Origin: Octopus vulgaris
Lineage: Eukaryota
Assembly: GCA_951406725.2 (NCBI GenBank)
Contig: OX597815.1
Span: 30,194,001-30,258,000, forward strand
Reading direction: 5' to 3'
Length of the DNA: 64,000 nucleotides
Shown here: positions 14,220-28,980 of the stretch, piece after piece
Layout of the letters: the number at the start of each line of letters is the position of its first letter
How positions within the stretch are numbered: position 1 is the stretch's first letter
Position numbers and translations under genes: made by a program
Notes under the pieces: generated by a model
What the model was told of the DNA's origin: nothing
The model's input: the letters and a program-made list of their open reading frames with translations, nothing else
The model's database searches: none

Positions 14220-14372
14220 GTGGTGGATAAGCAGAATCGTTAGAGCGGACAGAATGCTTCGCAATCTTTACTTCGACACCCGATGGCTCTGCAATCTTTG
14301 TTCCAACACCCTATAATCCAAATTCAAATCCCACTGGGTCAAGTTTGGTTTTATCCTTTCCGGGTCAGTAAA
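14220..14372 (+). mobile_element. SINE family D, diverged fragment
   Basis: gcagaatcgttagagc...ttcaaatcccactgggtcaagtttggttttatcctttccgggtc resembles 35568-35798. Confidence 0.55.
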
Positions 14373-14822
14373 AAACAAACAAACAAGCAAACAAACAAAC
14401 AAACTAAAACTATCAGTCCAAGGTGGGATATGGCGAAAAGGTAAGAACATCGAACCGAATTCCTTGCGATATTGCTTCGGAAATTTTGCGTTCTGACTTC
14501 AAGTCCTGCTCTCTCAATTTTGTTGCTAGTTTCAATTGTCTTTCGTCTAACAACCCCACCTGGCATATTGATCCCACTTTTTAATGAACTCTCATGTGAG
14601 GTTTCTGAGTTGAAGATAACTACTTTCTTTCTTCTCAGTACCAATTCACTCCTCATCAGTTTCCGTTATGGGTTATATACTTTCACTCCTGATTAAAAAA
14701 GGGGCTACATTTAACCAGAAAAGCGACTATTTAAATGAGAAAAAGTTACTATTAAAAGCGCATTTTACAGAAGAATAACAAACCTTACAGGGCAAAGAAG
14801 ATATCAAGTCTGATACACTGTT

Positions 14823-15203
14823 GTGGAAGCACTCCGTCGGTTACGACGATGAGGGTTCCGGTTGATCCGATCAACGGAACAGCCTGCTCGTGAAATTAAC
14901 GTATAAGTGACTGAGCACTCCACAGGCACGTGTACCCTTAACGTAGTTCTCGGGGATATTCAGCGTGACACAGAGAGTGACAAGGCCGGCCCTTTGAAAT
15001 ACAGGTACAACAGAAGCAGGAAGTAAGAGTGAGAGAAAGTTGTGGTGAAATAGTACAGCTGGGATCACCACCATCCCTGCCGGAGCCTCGTGGAGCTTTA
15101 GGTGTTTTCGCTCAATAAACACTCACAACGCCCGGTCTGGGAATCGAAACCGCGATCCTACGACCGCGAGTCCGCTGCCCTAACCACTGGGCCATTGCGC
15201 CTC
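14823..15203 (-). mobile_element. tRNA-derived SINE family B
   Basis: Near-identical to 6095-6491; TSD ctg(a/c)tacactgtt. Confidence 0.9.
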
Positions 15204-16011
15204 CTGCTACACTGTTACCTGCACGATAAACAACTGAATAACTTAGCGTGTATTGCTGTTCTCAGCCGGAGACCCTGTTTATGTGGATTTGTAGATCATC
15301 CGACTACAAACATACCACAAGTCTGCTTGTAAAAGATGACCATGTCTGAAGACTATAACAACTGCAACAAGAGCAACACGAATAACAACAACAACAATAG
15401 CAGCAGCAACGGCCGTTCAAGAATTTGGACCTGGAGATCTCCATTTCCAGCGACTTCGAGGGCCACCACCCCCAGTGGTGTCGGGCGTCAACGAAGAGCC
15501 CTCGACTACAACAAGACGACCAAAGTTTTTTTTTTCTAAGGTCTAGAGTCTCCCGCCCCTAAGACCTAGACCATCACCTAATCACCCTTACCCGTCTTAT
15601 TGCTTAACAACAACAACAACAGCAGCAGCAGCAGAAACAACAGTAGTTTTTCTTTTTCTTTTGCCCAGAGCAGCCCTTTACTTGGCTATTGTATACGAGG
15701 ACGGATGGCGTAGCCTTAGCACTTGCAACACTGAGGAGTAAACATTTCCTCACGCTTTCAGCACTTGAGATTAAATGCTATCAGCATCAGCTTTACTCTG
15801 ACTTACCTCACTTCAGAAAGCAGAACGAACAAGAGTTACTTTTGTTGTTGGTGCGTTATAATTTCAGCTTAGTTCTGGTCTACTATATCTACTAGCAATC
15901 TATCCTGGTGTTTTATATATATAGTTAATCATAGACCTCTAATACTGTCGAGTACATTTTGAAAGAGGTTTAGCTGCCATTTCACTCTTCCTGATATAGT
16001 TGGATTCAGGC

Positions 16012-16607
16012 CTCTTCTTCTTCTTCTTCTTCTTCTTCTTCTTCTTCTTCTTCTTCTTCTTCTTCTTCTTCTTCTTCTTCTTCTTCTTCTTCTTCTTCTT
16101 CTTCTTCTTCTTCTTCTTCTTCTTCTTCTTCTTCTTCCTGCTCCTCCTTCTTTCTCTTCTCCTCCATCTTTCTCTTCTCCTCCATCTTTCTCTTCTCCTC
16201 CTCCTCCTCCTCCTTTTTCTTCTTCTTCTTCTTCTTCTTCTTCTTCTTCTTCTTCTTCTTCTTCTTCTTCTTCTTCTTCTTCTTCTTCTTCTTCTTCTTC
16301 TTCTTCTTCTTCTTCTCCTTCTTCTTCTTCTTCCTGCTCCTCCTTCTTTCTCTTCTCCTCCATCTTTCTCTTCTCCTCCATCTTTCTCTTCTCCTCCATC
16401 TTTCTCTTCTCCTCCATCTTTCTCTTCTCCTCCTCCTCCTCCTCCTTTTTCTTCTTCTTCTTCTTCTTCTTCGTCTTCTTCTTCTTCTTCTTCTTCTTCT
16501 TCGTCTTCTTCTTTTTCTTCTTCTTTCTCTCCTCCTCCATATCCTCCTCCTCCTCCTCCTCCTCATGCTTCTTCTTCTTCTTCTTCTTCTTCTTCTTCTT
16601 CTTCTTC
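16012..16607. repeat. ~600-bp polypyrimidine (TTC)n/(TCC)n tract with embedded 18-bp minisatellite
   Basis: Direct observation; unit tctttctcttctcctcca repeated in two blocks. Confidence 0.95.
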
Positions 16608-17108
16608 ACCCCCACCCTAATCCCCACTACCACCACCACCACCATTCATTATCATCCCGTCAAAGTTATTTGGGTAAGTTTACTACTTTAAGAGGACATC
16701 GTGTGATATCCCAAAGTTAGTTGTTGAAGTATAAAGGCGATATACATAAGCAGACAATAAAATCGTAAATTTTATTTTTTACTAGACGTAATATCAATGT
16801 TAGAAACAGTGAACTAACCCCAGTATCCATACTCCGAGAAGAGTGGTTGAAGGCAAAACCAGCGGGATTTAAATGATGATCAATATGTTATCGAACTGGA
16901 TACGATATAATACAACGTTGCCTCGTGACGGCTGCATATCATGTATCGCTCTCTCGATGTTAATGATACACGGCACGTTGCCAGTTATTGACCTTGAGTC
17001 TAGTCAAGAAAGGTCATAATAACTCACAACATATTTTTGTTTAATAAGCCCGAACGTCTGACTTTCGGACAGAGAGGCAGCTAGCATTCTCTCATAAATA
17101 CCATAGTG

Positions 17109-17552
<444 letters not shown>

Positions 17553-18177
17553 TAATAATGTTAATGAACACGAGTCACACGGGGGTCGGCTTCGTGGTGC
17601 AGCTAATGCGAAAGAAAACTGCAACAGTGTCTCTTTGCTTCTCTAATATGAGCATCTGCATGGCTTAATTAGGATATTTAGCAAGGACTACGCTTCACTG
17701 AAGCATAACAATATTAAATCCGAAACCACATGGGAGTAAACCGTATATGCAGCAATTCGGATAGATAAATGATCTTACACAAACATATTACTAAATATCA
17801 GCTTGCAGTAAGTGGCAAAACGGAGAAGTATTTTCCATTGAAGATCAACAGTTTAAATGTTAATACATTCATTTGCGATGAACTGGTTCCACATCCTCAT
17901 AAGATTCAAACGTGCGTTGATGCATAAAGTTACGCACATACACTTGCACACACATATACACACGTATATATACACACATATATAGCATATACAAACATAT
18001 ACACACATATATAGCACGTATATATGTATATGTGTATACGCACATACATACATTCATATATACAGACACGAATAACAAACGTATACACACTCTAATAATA
18101 CGTATTCAGGTCTTGCAATCCATTTTTCAGTTTATCTGTTTGTCTATCTATTGATATTGATATATACTATATAAATA

Positions 18178-18221
<44 letters not shown>

Positions 18222-19231
18222 ATATAGAGAAGGGTTAGTTCGATTTACAGGGGTAGGGTCGGTTACTAAACACACTTTTTGAATCGGGATACAAACAGCC
18301 AGAAATCATCAACTCACTGTGCTGTTTGAAAGTAGTATTTCTTCTTTAAAATGTTTAAAAGCTGAGTCAACGGTGGGGAGTTACAACAATATACAATCAC
18401 CAGGCGGGTTAAATTCACAAGTCTATGATATCGAAGTGGCTAAAGATGTGTCAGCAAAAAGGCACACAGGAGTCAGGACCTGGATGCGGCCACCAGGCCC
18501 CTTAGAGTGTAAGAAGTTAAGGGTCGATATATTTGCCTGAGGACAGTTTCTTTTCTGAAGAACGACTCTTGAGAGATTCCTGCCACCGTACTTTTTCTCT
18601 CTGTGTGCCGAAAGAGCAAATCGAGCTACATTTTATCAGCATTTTTACCGCTTCGTGAGAAGTAAAGTCTTAATTTGGGGACAACAGAGAACATGACAGC
18701 CCACAATATTTATAGTGTATACAAACTCGGAACTAAACTGATCTACTCTAACGATGTAAGAGTTAGAAAAAAGTGTATTACTTCATTACGTTTTGGGTAA
18801 ACATTGGTGAAATATATACTAAAGTTTCTACGATTTTAGCTTTACTGTCACAAGAGAAACAAATTCATCGTTACTATATACAAAATTCTTACTGGTTTCC
18901 ATTTGCTGTTAAAAAGAGAAGAAAATATTTTCAACCGGATTATCCTCTTTCAATAGCAAGGCAAAAACGCACGTCAACTAAAGTCACGTTCCAGTAAATT
19001 CCTAAATCTTTATAAAAAAGAACAAGAACTCGCTCTTTGATGAACCAGGAGAAATATCGAAACTAATGAGTATCATTTGCTTTTCTTCAAATATGTTGCT
19101 TTACCATAGATTTTATTCTTCACAGCAAGATTGAATGTGTGTAATTACTAAACACATAAACACTTATGCTTATTTTACCTACCTGTTCATCCCTAAATAC
19201 AGTAGTTTCACAATTAACAGTCATAATATAT

Positions 19232-19420
19232 TCAAATTCGGTACAGGGTCAGCGATTTTTAGGGTGGGGGGATAATTCGATTGCATCCATCGCAGTGTTC
19301 AACTGGTACATATCTATCGATCCCAAAAGGACGAAAAGGATAGCTGGATGCGGCAAGATTTGGAGACAGAATATATACTCGAAGGCTTTTTGTTCAACGC
19401 TCTAACGATTCTGCAAAACC
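19232..19420 (-). mobile_element. SINE family D, diverged
   Basis: aactggtacatatctatcgatcccaaaaggacgaaaagg...ctctaacgattctgc matches the reverse complement of family D. Confidence 0.6.
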
Positions 19421-19426
19421 ACTTCG

Positions 19427-19731
<305 letters not shown>

Positions 19732-19733
<2 letters not shown>

Positions 19734-21060
19734 GAAAACTGTTGACAATGCATAGAATGTACCACCCTAAGGCAGATATTGAATGACTTAATGACTTTAT
19801 TTGCCAAGAAAAGAGGGAGGCCGTTGACTGTTACAACCGGCATTAACAATGAAGATTGCCACAATTGGCCTAAACACCTACCTGAAAAACCTTGAGGACT
19901 GGATGTTAAAATTTGTCTCAAAACATGAAAACAAGAAAACATCATGCTCAGTAACAAAACAGGCAAATGAATATCTAAGTGAATTCGGAATACAACAAAT
20001 TATAGAATTAGCCGTACTAGAAACAAGCGCAGAAAAAGCTAAGCGCATAAAACCCGTGCTAAAACTGCTGCCTTAGATATTTTGACTGATTAATAGCAAG
20101 AAAAACCTTTCAATGGCAAATACCTAAAGAGAGCGAATTATGCCGATGTTGAGAAAGCCCTAACCCATCGATGGCTATTGGCTTCTGGATCAAAATCTGG
20201 AACAGTAGGGTTTATCATAGCAGCCCAAGATTAATGCCTACCTACAAGGAACTACCAGACCAACATATTAAAAAACGGCAGCTCCCTAATATGTCGTGTA
20301 TGTCAACAACAAAATGAGACCATTGATCATGTCGTCTCCATGTGCAGTCTTCTTGCGCCTACAAAGTATCTCAATAGGCATGATAAAGCTGCACAATATA
20401 TTCACTGGGTAATCTGCAAAAACCTAGATTTGCCCCATGAAAAAAACTGGTGGGAACACAAACCACCTCCAGTGCTTGAAAATGACCACATCTCACTCCT
20501 CTGGAACTTCTCCATTCAAATTGACAGAAAGATAGATGCAAATAGGCCAGACATCATATTGAAAGACTTCAAGCAAAGAACATGCCTCCTCATTGATATG
20601 ACTGTCCCAATCGATATAAACGTATCTGTCAAGACTACCAAAAACTGAGCAAATATAAAGATCTTGAAATAGAAATCAGCAAAATGTGGAACATGAAGAC
20701 TAAAACAATACCTGTTGTCATAGGTGCCCTGGGAATGATAGCAAAAGGGGCTGATCGCTACCTAACTCAGATACCAGGAAACCCCAAAATGGCAGAAATT
20801 CAAAATATAGTGCTCATGGGAACTGCTCATATCCTACGCAAAATACTCTCTATGTAATCTCAAGTTTTAAAACAAACATATTTTTTTAGGCATTCACTAG
20901 TACAACACTAAATGCAAAACCAAATATATGGCACACTAGGCATAACAACAATACAAACTTCCAACCTGTTGTCTCTTGAGGTCTATGGGTGAGACTTGGA
21001 GCCAACTTGTACAAATATAAAGCAAAAGTCAAACATATAATAATAATAATAATAATAATA
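19732..21060 (+). mobile_element. Dong/R4-clade LINE, 5'-truncated (CCHC knuckle plus restriction-like endonuclease)
   Basis: CRVC..ETIDHVVSMC, RHDKAA, NRPDII..LIDMTVP, KYKDL, PVVIGALG; stop at ~20857; 3' UTR ends in (AAT)n and the element sits in an (AAT)n tract, as known for Dong elements. Confidence 0.9.
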
Positions 21061-21062
21061 AA

Positions 21063-21614
21063 AATGCCCTGATGCAGTACCAGGCAGTGGCTCTCATGGC
21101 TTCTGATCTTAACTGATTGGAAGTGTTATGTACATTGTTTTGTATTGGTATAAAAGATAGGCTACAGCAAATATTCTGCTCAATACCACAGATTTGCTTG
21201 TCAGTTGTTTGACCGTAACCACTTGAGCATTCCCCTCGTAACTGACGATATGTGCATCTCTGATCACGAGCAGAGGCAGTGGGTGAGTATCATAGCCATG
21301 TGTTGAGAGGGATTTTTGGGGTTTGAATAATTCACCTCTGGAAACATGGGTGTTTCGATCAACATCCTTAAACAACCCTTATTCAGGGACCTTTTGAGCG
21401 GGATGGGTTACTCGACCAGAAGAAAATTCTAACTGGGCCCCACCTGCAAGGTCATGTGCTGTTTATCTTGATATGAGATCACCATGTCGTGCACATATAA
21501 TTGTGATGCATGTGCCTAGTGTACCCTTATCAGACGGGTAGTTATGATGGGTATACTGGGCTTCGTAAATTTTACCCCAATGTAACTTTGATGGCATACA
21601 CTGCCCTCTCACTC
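21063..21614 (+). mobile_element. ~550-bp non-coding interspersed element associated with (AAT)n, copy 1
   Basis: atgccctgatgcagt...ctctcactc followed by (AAT)n; homologs at 21914-22462 and 43710-43988. Confidence 0.8.
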
Positions 21615-21624
21615 AATAATAATG

Positions 21625-21758
<134 letters not shown>

Positions 21759-21848
21759 GATAATAATAATGATAATGATAATGATGATGATGATGATGAT
21801 GATGATCATAATAATAATGATAATAATACTAATAATAATAATAATAAA

Positions 21849-21913
<65 letters not shown>

Positions 21914-21915
<2 letters not shown>

Positions 21916-22461
21916 GCCCTGATGCAGTCCCAGGTTGTGGCTCTCGTGGCTTCTGATCTTAACGTATTGCAACTTTTAACATGTACATGTTCTGTCTAAA
22001 TGCAATAGATATGCAACAACAAATATTCTACTTTGTACTACAGATTTGCTTGTCAGTTGTTCCACCATAACCAGCTGAGAATGTCCCTTAGTAGCTGACG
22101 ATGTGCGCATATCTGATCGCGGGCAATAGTAGTGGGGGAGTATCGTAGCTATGTGCTAAGAGCGATTCTTTAAGGTTTGAATAATTCACCTCTGGAAACA
22201 TCTTTAAGCAAAAGCTTATCCAGGGACACTTTGAGCACGATGGGCTATTCGACCTGAAAAAAAAGTAATAATAATAAATGGGCCCCACCTGCAAGATCAT
22301 GCGCTGTTTATCTTTTTATGAGGTCACCGTGTCACGCACATATGTTTGCGATGCGTGCGCTTGCTGTACCCTTATTAGACAGGTATTCATGATGGGTGTA
22401 TTGGGTTTCGTAAATTTAAATCCCAGTGTCACATTGATGGGCATGCGCTGCTCTCTCACTC

Positions 22462-22462
<1 letters not shown>
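21914..22462 (+). mobile_element. ~550-bp non-coding element, copy 2 (diverged)
   Basis: Same termini as 21063-21614; followed by (AAT)n. Confidence 0.8.
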
Positions 22463-22541
<79 letters not shown>

Positions 22542-22604
22542 GTATTAATAATAATAATAATAAAATAAACAAGAAGGAGGAGGAGTGGAAGAAGGGGAGA
22601 AGAA

Positions 22605-22870
22605 ATGGAATGTGACATTGGTGAATAGAGTTGACATCAGGAGAAGAAAAGATTAGCTGAAATAGAGACCATAAGAGGAATGTTTCAAGAAGACACTCTC
22701 TCTTCCATCTTGTTTTACTGTCGCACTGATCACGTTGTCGATCATAATAATCAGCGTTGAAGAAAGACACTTACTGAGAAAGGATAAGAGAAAAAGTGAA
22801 TAATCTATTTATGGGATGCTTTAAAGCTTTATGGAAAACCAAGAAGCAACTAGTCTTCTTAGTCAGTAAT
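22605..22870 (+). mobile_element. Decayed Dong/R4-type RT fragment
   Basis: RGMFQEDTLSSILF (compare RGIFQGDSLSPLLF) and KVNNLFM..ALKLYGK (compare INHLLFMDDLKLY); directly follows an (AAT)n tract. Confidence 0.65.
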
Positions 22871-23280
22871 CTAGCTAGTTTCCAAATGTCATTGTGATGA
22901 CATTTAGAAAATAGCTAGATTACCGGAGAAAATATTTTTGTGTTAGTTTATGAAGCGTTAGCGCAATGAAAAGCAAAATAAGATTAAATATTGTATAGAT
23001 ATAATATTAAATATTATATAGATATTTGGTGAAAAATGTTGGTAAGGAGAAAATAGGTGGGTAATTAAAAAAAAAAGCAGCAGAGATCAATTTGTGGAGA
23101 AAGCAAATATATAAAATTTACTGGAGATATTTCTTAAAAAATAATATTTGTAAATTTTAATCAAAATTGGAATGTCACTTACTTTAATGACTTAAATATT
23201 TCAAGTATTTGATCAAAATAACTATGTTTAAAGAAGTATATAAATCTAACGTTAATAAACTATATATGGAAGGGAGTTTC

Positions 23281-23700
23281 TGGATCTTTTCCGTTTGAAC
23301 GGCATTTTTTTCTAGCGGTGTCATATGAAATTGTCACCCATAATTATGACCCTAGTATCGATCTATTGCATTTCAATCTGTTTTACGGTTAGGGTTAGGG
23401 GTGTGGGGAAGGGTATCTTTTTTTCTTCAGAAGTGTAAATAAACCCAATCTGTTTCTTAAACGAGGGACATATTCATACGGCACAGAATGTTTTCACCTC
23501 AATAGATGCCATTGATTGGTTGAAATTGCAGAAATTGAAGAAAAGAAAAACAACAAATATCTTACAAACTATAGAATTTTCTCAATAAAGCCAAGAGAAA
23601 AAGATGTTTTAAAGACACATTCTACCAGTATACGAAGTTTAAAAGTGTTTAGTTACGTGGGAATTATTTTAAAAACTGCCGTTCAAACCGAAAAGATCCA
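23281..23700. mobile_element. MITE with ~24-bp TIRs and target duplication
   Basis: tggatcttttccgtttgaacggca / tgccgttcaaaccgaaaagatcca; agtttc duplicated on both sides (6 bp, or a 7/8 match if the element starts at GG). Confidence 0.85.
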
Positions 23701-23982
23701 AGTTTCTCACACATATATATGTATGTATGTGTGTATGTATTTATGTATGTATGTGTGTGTATGTATATGTGTCTGTGTGTACGTATATATATATATATAT
23801 ATACATCCATACATAGAGAGAGAGTGGGGAGAGAGGTGAGATCTATAGAGCGTGTATGAATGACGAGCTGGTATCAGTAACTGGCGAAGGGTTACAACGC
23901 AGAAAGGTGTCTTCTACAATATGCGGTCCATCATTCGTAATCAAGCCCGGGATGTCTTCACATACATCGTATATAAGTAGAA

Positions 23983-24025
<43 letters not shown>

Positions 24026-24345
24026 AATAACTTATTCTCAAAGGCATGATAATGCTAATACAATAGTATGAACAGGATAAATTATTTATGTATCTTTCAA
24101 TACATCTCAACGCTTCTAAAGCAAACTTTGTTTACATTTATCGTAATTTGAATTTAGCGTTACCGTATTATAAACCTAGATTTATAAATCTTAATATTGC
24201 GGAACAATTCGTTAGTGGGCAGTTTATCTTAAAGGTAAAAAAACACTTAACGCGTAATGACAGGGATATGAGTTCGAGTCTCATAGCTGGCTGGTAACGA
24301 TTTTTTCTATGCTTCTAAAGCAAACGCCGTTTGTTTACTTTCATC

Positions 24346-24407
<62 letters not shown>

Positions 24408-24429
24408 TTGCTTCTTTTTCTCACACACA

Positions 24430-24663
24430 CACAAACACACACACATATGTATATGTATATGTTTGTAATTGTCTCCACCACCATCACTTCACAACCGATG
24501 TTGCTGTGTCTACGTTCCCGTAACTTAGAGGTTCGGCCAAAGAGACCGATAGGATAAGTACTAGGCTTACAAAGAATAAGTCTGGGATCGATTCGTTCGA
24601 TTAAAGGCAGTGCTCTAGCATGGCCGCAGTCAAACGAATGAAACAAATAAATAAGTAAAAGAG
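24430..24663 (+). mobile_element. SINE family C, 3' half
   Basis: gttcggccaaagagaccgataggataagtac...gcatggccgcagtc matches 30900-31100. Confidence 0.8.
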
Positions 24664-25081
24664 TTTACGATAGTACATAACGTACTAACTATATTATCTA
24701 TATTTATGCCATTCGACCATTTTGAATAAGTTCGCTGACAGCACTTTTATCAATATATGTATGTGTGGATGCACCTTCGTATGTGTGTACGTGTCTGTGT
24801 GTACTATTGCTAAAATTAAATACTTTTCTCTTCATGTTTTCTAAGGAGATATCAGCGGGTAAATCGAAATAATGTAAAAATAGTTAACTTAAACACTACT
24901 CTACTGACTCTAATACAGATATTGGGTCCTCTTTTCTTTGTTCATGTTAAAATTTGAAAAAATAATATTGTGTGCAAAATACATACATACATACTTACAT
25001 ACAATATACACATACATTCAGATGCACACACTTATATATATGTATATAAATACACACACACACATACACACACACACACAT

Positions 25082-25119
<38 letters not shown>

Positions 25120-25205
25120 CGTAGATTATGTTTTATGTGACTATATGTATGTGTATATATGTAAATATACAAGGTATATTATACATATATATGTGTGTGT
25201 ATATA

Positions 25206-25292
<87 letters not shown>

Positions 25293-26724
25293 CTGCAGGT
25301 ATGTATGTATATTATATGCGCACACGCTCACACACACATACAATAACCCACATGTGGGTGTGTTTTTATGTGTGAATATGCATGTGTGTGTATGTGTTTT
25401 TGTGTGTGTGCCTTATGCTTAAAAACAGGCATATCTGTTAGAGACATTAAATATGGGTATATAAGATAAAATTTTTTAAAAATGGAACGCTTCCAAACTT
25501 CACTCACGCCACTAGAAATACAAAAGAATTTGCCATACAGATCAGCGTTTCTTATTATCATTTAACAAGAAAACTATTTTTTTGCTACGTTTATGAAGCG
25601 TTTTCCTTTATTTTCATTACCTTATTTCTGTTTTTGTTCACTTATCTCTATTTTTATTTCTCAACTTCAAATAGTATGAAAATTTCTGGGAAATTAATTT
25701 TGCTAATATTTTTACGACATTAGTTTCTTCGTTTAAACGGATTTTATTTTATTTTATTTCATTTTATTTGACAGCCTTCAAGAAAGAAAGTAAACAAAAG
25801 TCTTTCTCCACGGTGGACAGGATCTTTTCAGTTTTTGATTATTGTAATAACTTCAGGAGTACCAGGAGATGTTTGTCAGCTGTAAGAATATTAGAATTTG
25901 AGAAAGAATCATACATATAATGCAATTAGCTATTATACATACAACAGACTATCAAATTCCATATGATCATCCAGAGAAATATCATCAACCAGAAAAATAA
26001 ATATTGCTATGCGTTCAAGGGATTACTAAAGCTCTCTAAATTAGTCAGTACAGGTTTGAAGTATACCATCACTCTCGTAGGAAAATGTTATACCAAGCGA
26101 TCTAGCATCTTCAATTTCTGAAGCCTTAAAGTCCCATTTATTTAGAAATTAAAACATTCCTGCTGAGAATCATAGAAGGGTTACCATTTCATGACTAAAA
26201 TAGTTTCCTAATTGAATTAAAATGCCTAAAACAGATGGCTATCTTATACAAATGTCGGAAATTTACATTAGAACATTTAAGGAAACCTGCGTCTAAAGGA
26301 CGAAAAATTTTGGAAATGGTTGCGAATAACAATATAGGACGATTTAAATATTAAAGATATCGAAATAATCGTCCTCCGTAATGGAAGTGTAACTGTTCAG
26401 TATTGCAGAGATATTTCACAGAAATATTATATTTTCTGTAAGTAATGGCTAATGCAAGTATATTAACATGTTCATTCTTAAAAATGAGTTCAAACGTTTC
26501 TCCAAGATCCTGATGCCTGTGAAGGTCAGGTGTGTGCCTGAACAGCATACAATATGTGCTTTGGTCATGGAGTAGGCCAAAGAAAATTTTATATCCTAAT
26601 TTCTAAACAATAACATCGTTAGCTATTAGTCTCCAATGAGCACATTGAATAGTCACTAAATTCGCAACATTATATATCTCCGATATAATAATGAGCGTAG
26701 TGTTTTTATATATTTGTTTATATA

Positions 26725-27082
26725 TTTCTTCCATGGGTATGAGTAAGTATCTCATTTATTTCTTTTTGCCACATGTATCACTGACGAAGGGAGGGCTGTT
26801 ATAAGCTAATCCTGAAATCGGTCCGATATGGTAATAATGGAATGTTTTAGAAATTTCTGTCGACCTTTTTTTGAGTAGCGTGCATATTGTGAAAAAATTA
26901 TATGGTTAATGGACAATATGTCCAATTTTTCGGCATATCTGGCATTAGAATTTTTTTCGTTTGCCCTTAATTATGAATTGTTTATAGATTTAACCTTTAA
27001 AGGTATTTTTTGATATGCTGGCCATTGATAAAATTTTTTGGGGAAAAGAATATTTTTTTCGAAAAAAATGTTATCCTTCATT

Positions 27083-27085
<3 letters not shown>
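26725..27085 (+). mobile_element. Second copy of the hammerhead-bearing non-coding unit
   Basis: Colinear with 8495-8831 (ttccatgggtat...gctggccattgata...ttaga); ends in (TA)n. Confidence 0.75.
26776..26833 (+). ncRNA. Type I hammerhead ribozyme motif, canonical core
   Basis: tatca-CTGACGA-aggga...tcct-GAAA-tcgg t ccga-TA-tggta; predicted cleavage after AUA. Confidence 0.8.
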
Positions 27086-27122
<37 letters not shown>

Positions 27123-27155
27123 ATATGTATATGTGTATATATATATATGTTTGTG

Positions 27156-27212
<57 letters not shown>

Positions 27213-27477
27213 CCAGAATCACGCCGGACGCGGGAGAAGAGAGAAAATAGTAATTCAGTGAATGAGAAGTAGCGAGAATAATAGCCGTGACTGAGAGGGA
27301 GTGAGAGAAAGTAATAGCAATGAAAGAATAGAAGGGATGATGGATGAATAAGGAAGGAAGAGGTGAAAACAAATCAGCGTTTCAAATCTGTGTGAGTATA
27401 TGTGTGTATGTGTGTGCATGTACAAGGGAAATATGTGAATGTTTGTGTGATTACTATGTACCTTATTTTGTACCATA

Positions 27478-27860
27478 TCTTTATATATAAAAGTGAAGTT
27501 GTGAGTCTGTCTCCTACGATTTAGATTCCTAACTACTCTCACATTTTGCGGTGCAGTGTAACCAAAAGCGGGTATCTTATAATCGTGATTCATATCGAGC
27601 CCTTCTGGGTATTAGCATGAGTCTACGATTAAAAAAAAAATTACCATCATTTTCCCCCATTTTTAATGCATTTTTTTGCTATTATATAAGGGAAGTAACT
27701 CTCTAAAAATGTATTATTAATCTCAGAACGTAAAAAGCTACAGTAACACACCCCCGTTTGTGGTTAGCCATATTGAGATGGCCTTTATACTTTACATCTC
27801 TAAAAATGCTTATATAGTTATTTCCCTTACAAACCCGAGCAACGCCGGCGATACTGCTAG
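27478..27860 (+). mobile_element. Non-autonomous Helitron
   Basis: Starts A|TCtttatatataaaa, ends CTAG|T, with a GC-rich subterminal hairpin ccgagcaacgccgg; no TSD. Confidence 0.8.
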
Positions 27861-28289
27861 TTTATATATAAAATATTATAATTAGCCGTCATTATTGACG
27901 GCACGTGGAGAGCTAGTATATATACAAAACACAATAGATATATATCCTAAGTATAATTATATGTCCATGCATTTCTCTCGTAAAAGAAGCGATAAGAATA
28001 TTGACTGCAACTCGCCCAGTGGGGAGCAGAAACAAATAAATATAAGCGTTTGACTGGAGTGAAGCCGGCAGATTTTAGCATAGTTTTTCTTTGTTGTCTG
28101 ATGGTAGGATATATTTCACATGATGGTATATGTTTCAGAAATCGGTCGTCAGCTGTTCGAGTGTATAGATGCGCATTGCTTTTATATATATAGTGTTTAT
28201 GTGATGTTGATTTTGTACATGGGGCCCGATTGAAAAAAAATATAAGTTTCAGTAAAAACTGCGTCGACGAGAAGACAACGAACGAAAAC

Positions 28290-28451
28290 GATGACGGTAG
28301 CTACGACGTTGACGATAATGATGATAAAGATGACGATGGCGACGACGATAAATGACGGAGATGATGAGGATGATGTAGGTGGTGATGATGATGATGATGA
28401 TCATGATGGTGATAATGATGATGCTGATGATGATAATGATGATGATGATGG

Positions 28452-28482
<31 letters not shown>

Positions 28483-28505
28483 AATAATGATGATGATGAT
28501 GATGC

Positions 28506-28542
<37 letters not shown>

Positions 28543-28577
28543 AATGATGATGATGATGATGGTGATAATGATAATGG

Positions 28578-28621
<44 letters not shown>

Positions 28622-28637
28622 GTGATAATGATGATGG

Positions 28638-28676
<39 letters not shown>

Positions 28677-28695
28677 CGACGACGACGACGACGAC

Positions 28696-28726
<31 letters not shown>

Positions 28727-28742
28727 GTGATAATGATGATGC

Positions 28743-28780
<38 letters not shown>

Positions 28781-28980
28781 ATGATGATGATGATGATGAT
28801 GATGATGATGTGATGATGATGATGATGATGGTGGTGGTGATGATGATGATGATGATGATGATGATAATGATGATGATGACGACGACGACGACGATGATGA
28901 TGATGATGGTGATGATGATGATGATGACGATGATGATGTTGACGGCGTCTATATTGAAAATGAAATGATATATGATGATG
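28290..28980. repeat. Imperfect (GAT)n/(GAC)n microsatellite
   Basis: Direct observation. Confidence 0.95.

Noticed and set aside
15929-16645. Long poly-K/E/R and poly-F/L/S ORFs
   Set aside because: Translations of the (TTC)n/(TCC)n tract.
28291-28968. 225-aa poly-Asp ORF resembling acidic shell-matrix proteins
   Set aside because: It is an imperfect (GAT)n microsatellite that slips frame into poly-Met, with no signal peptide or splice context.
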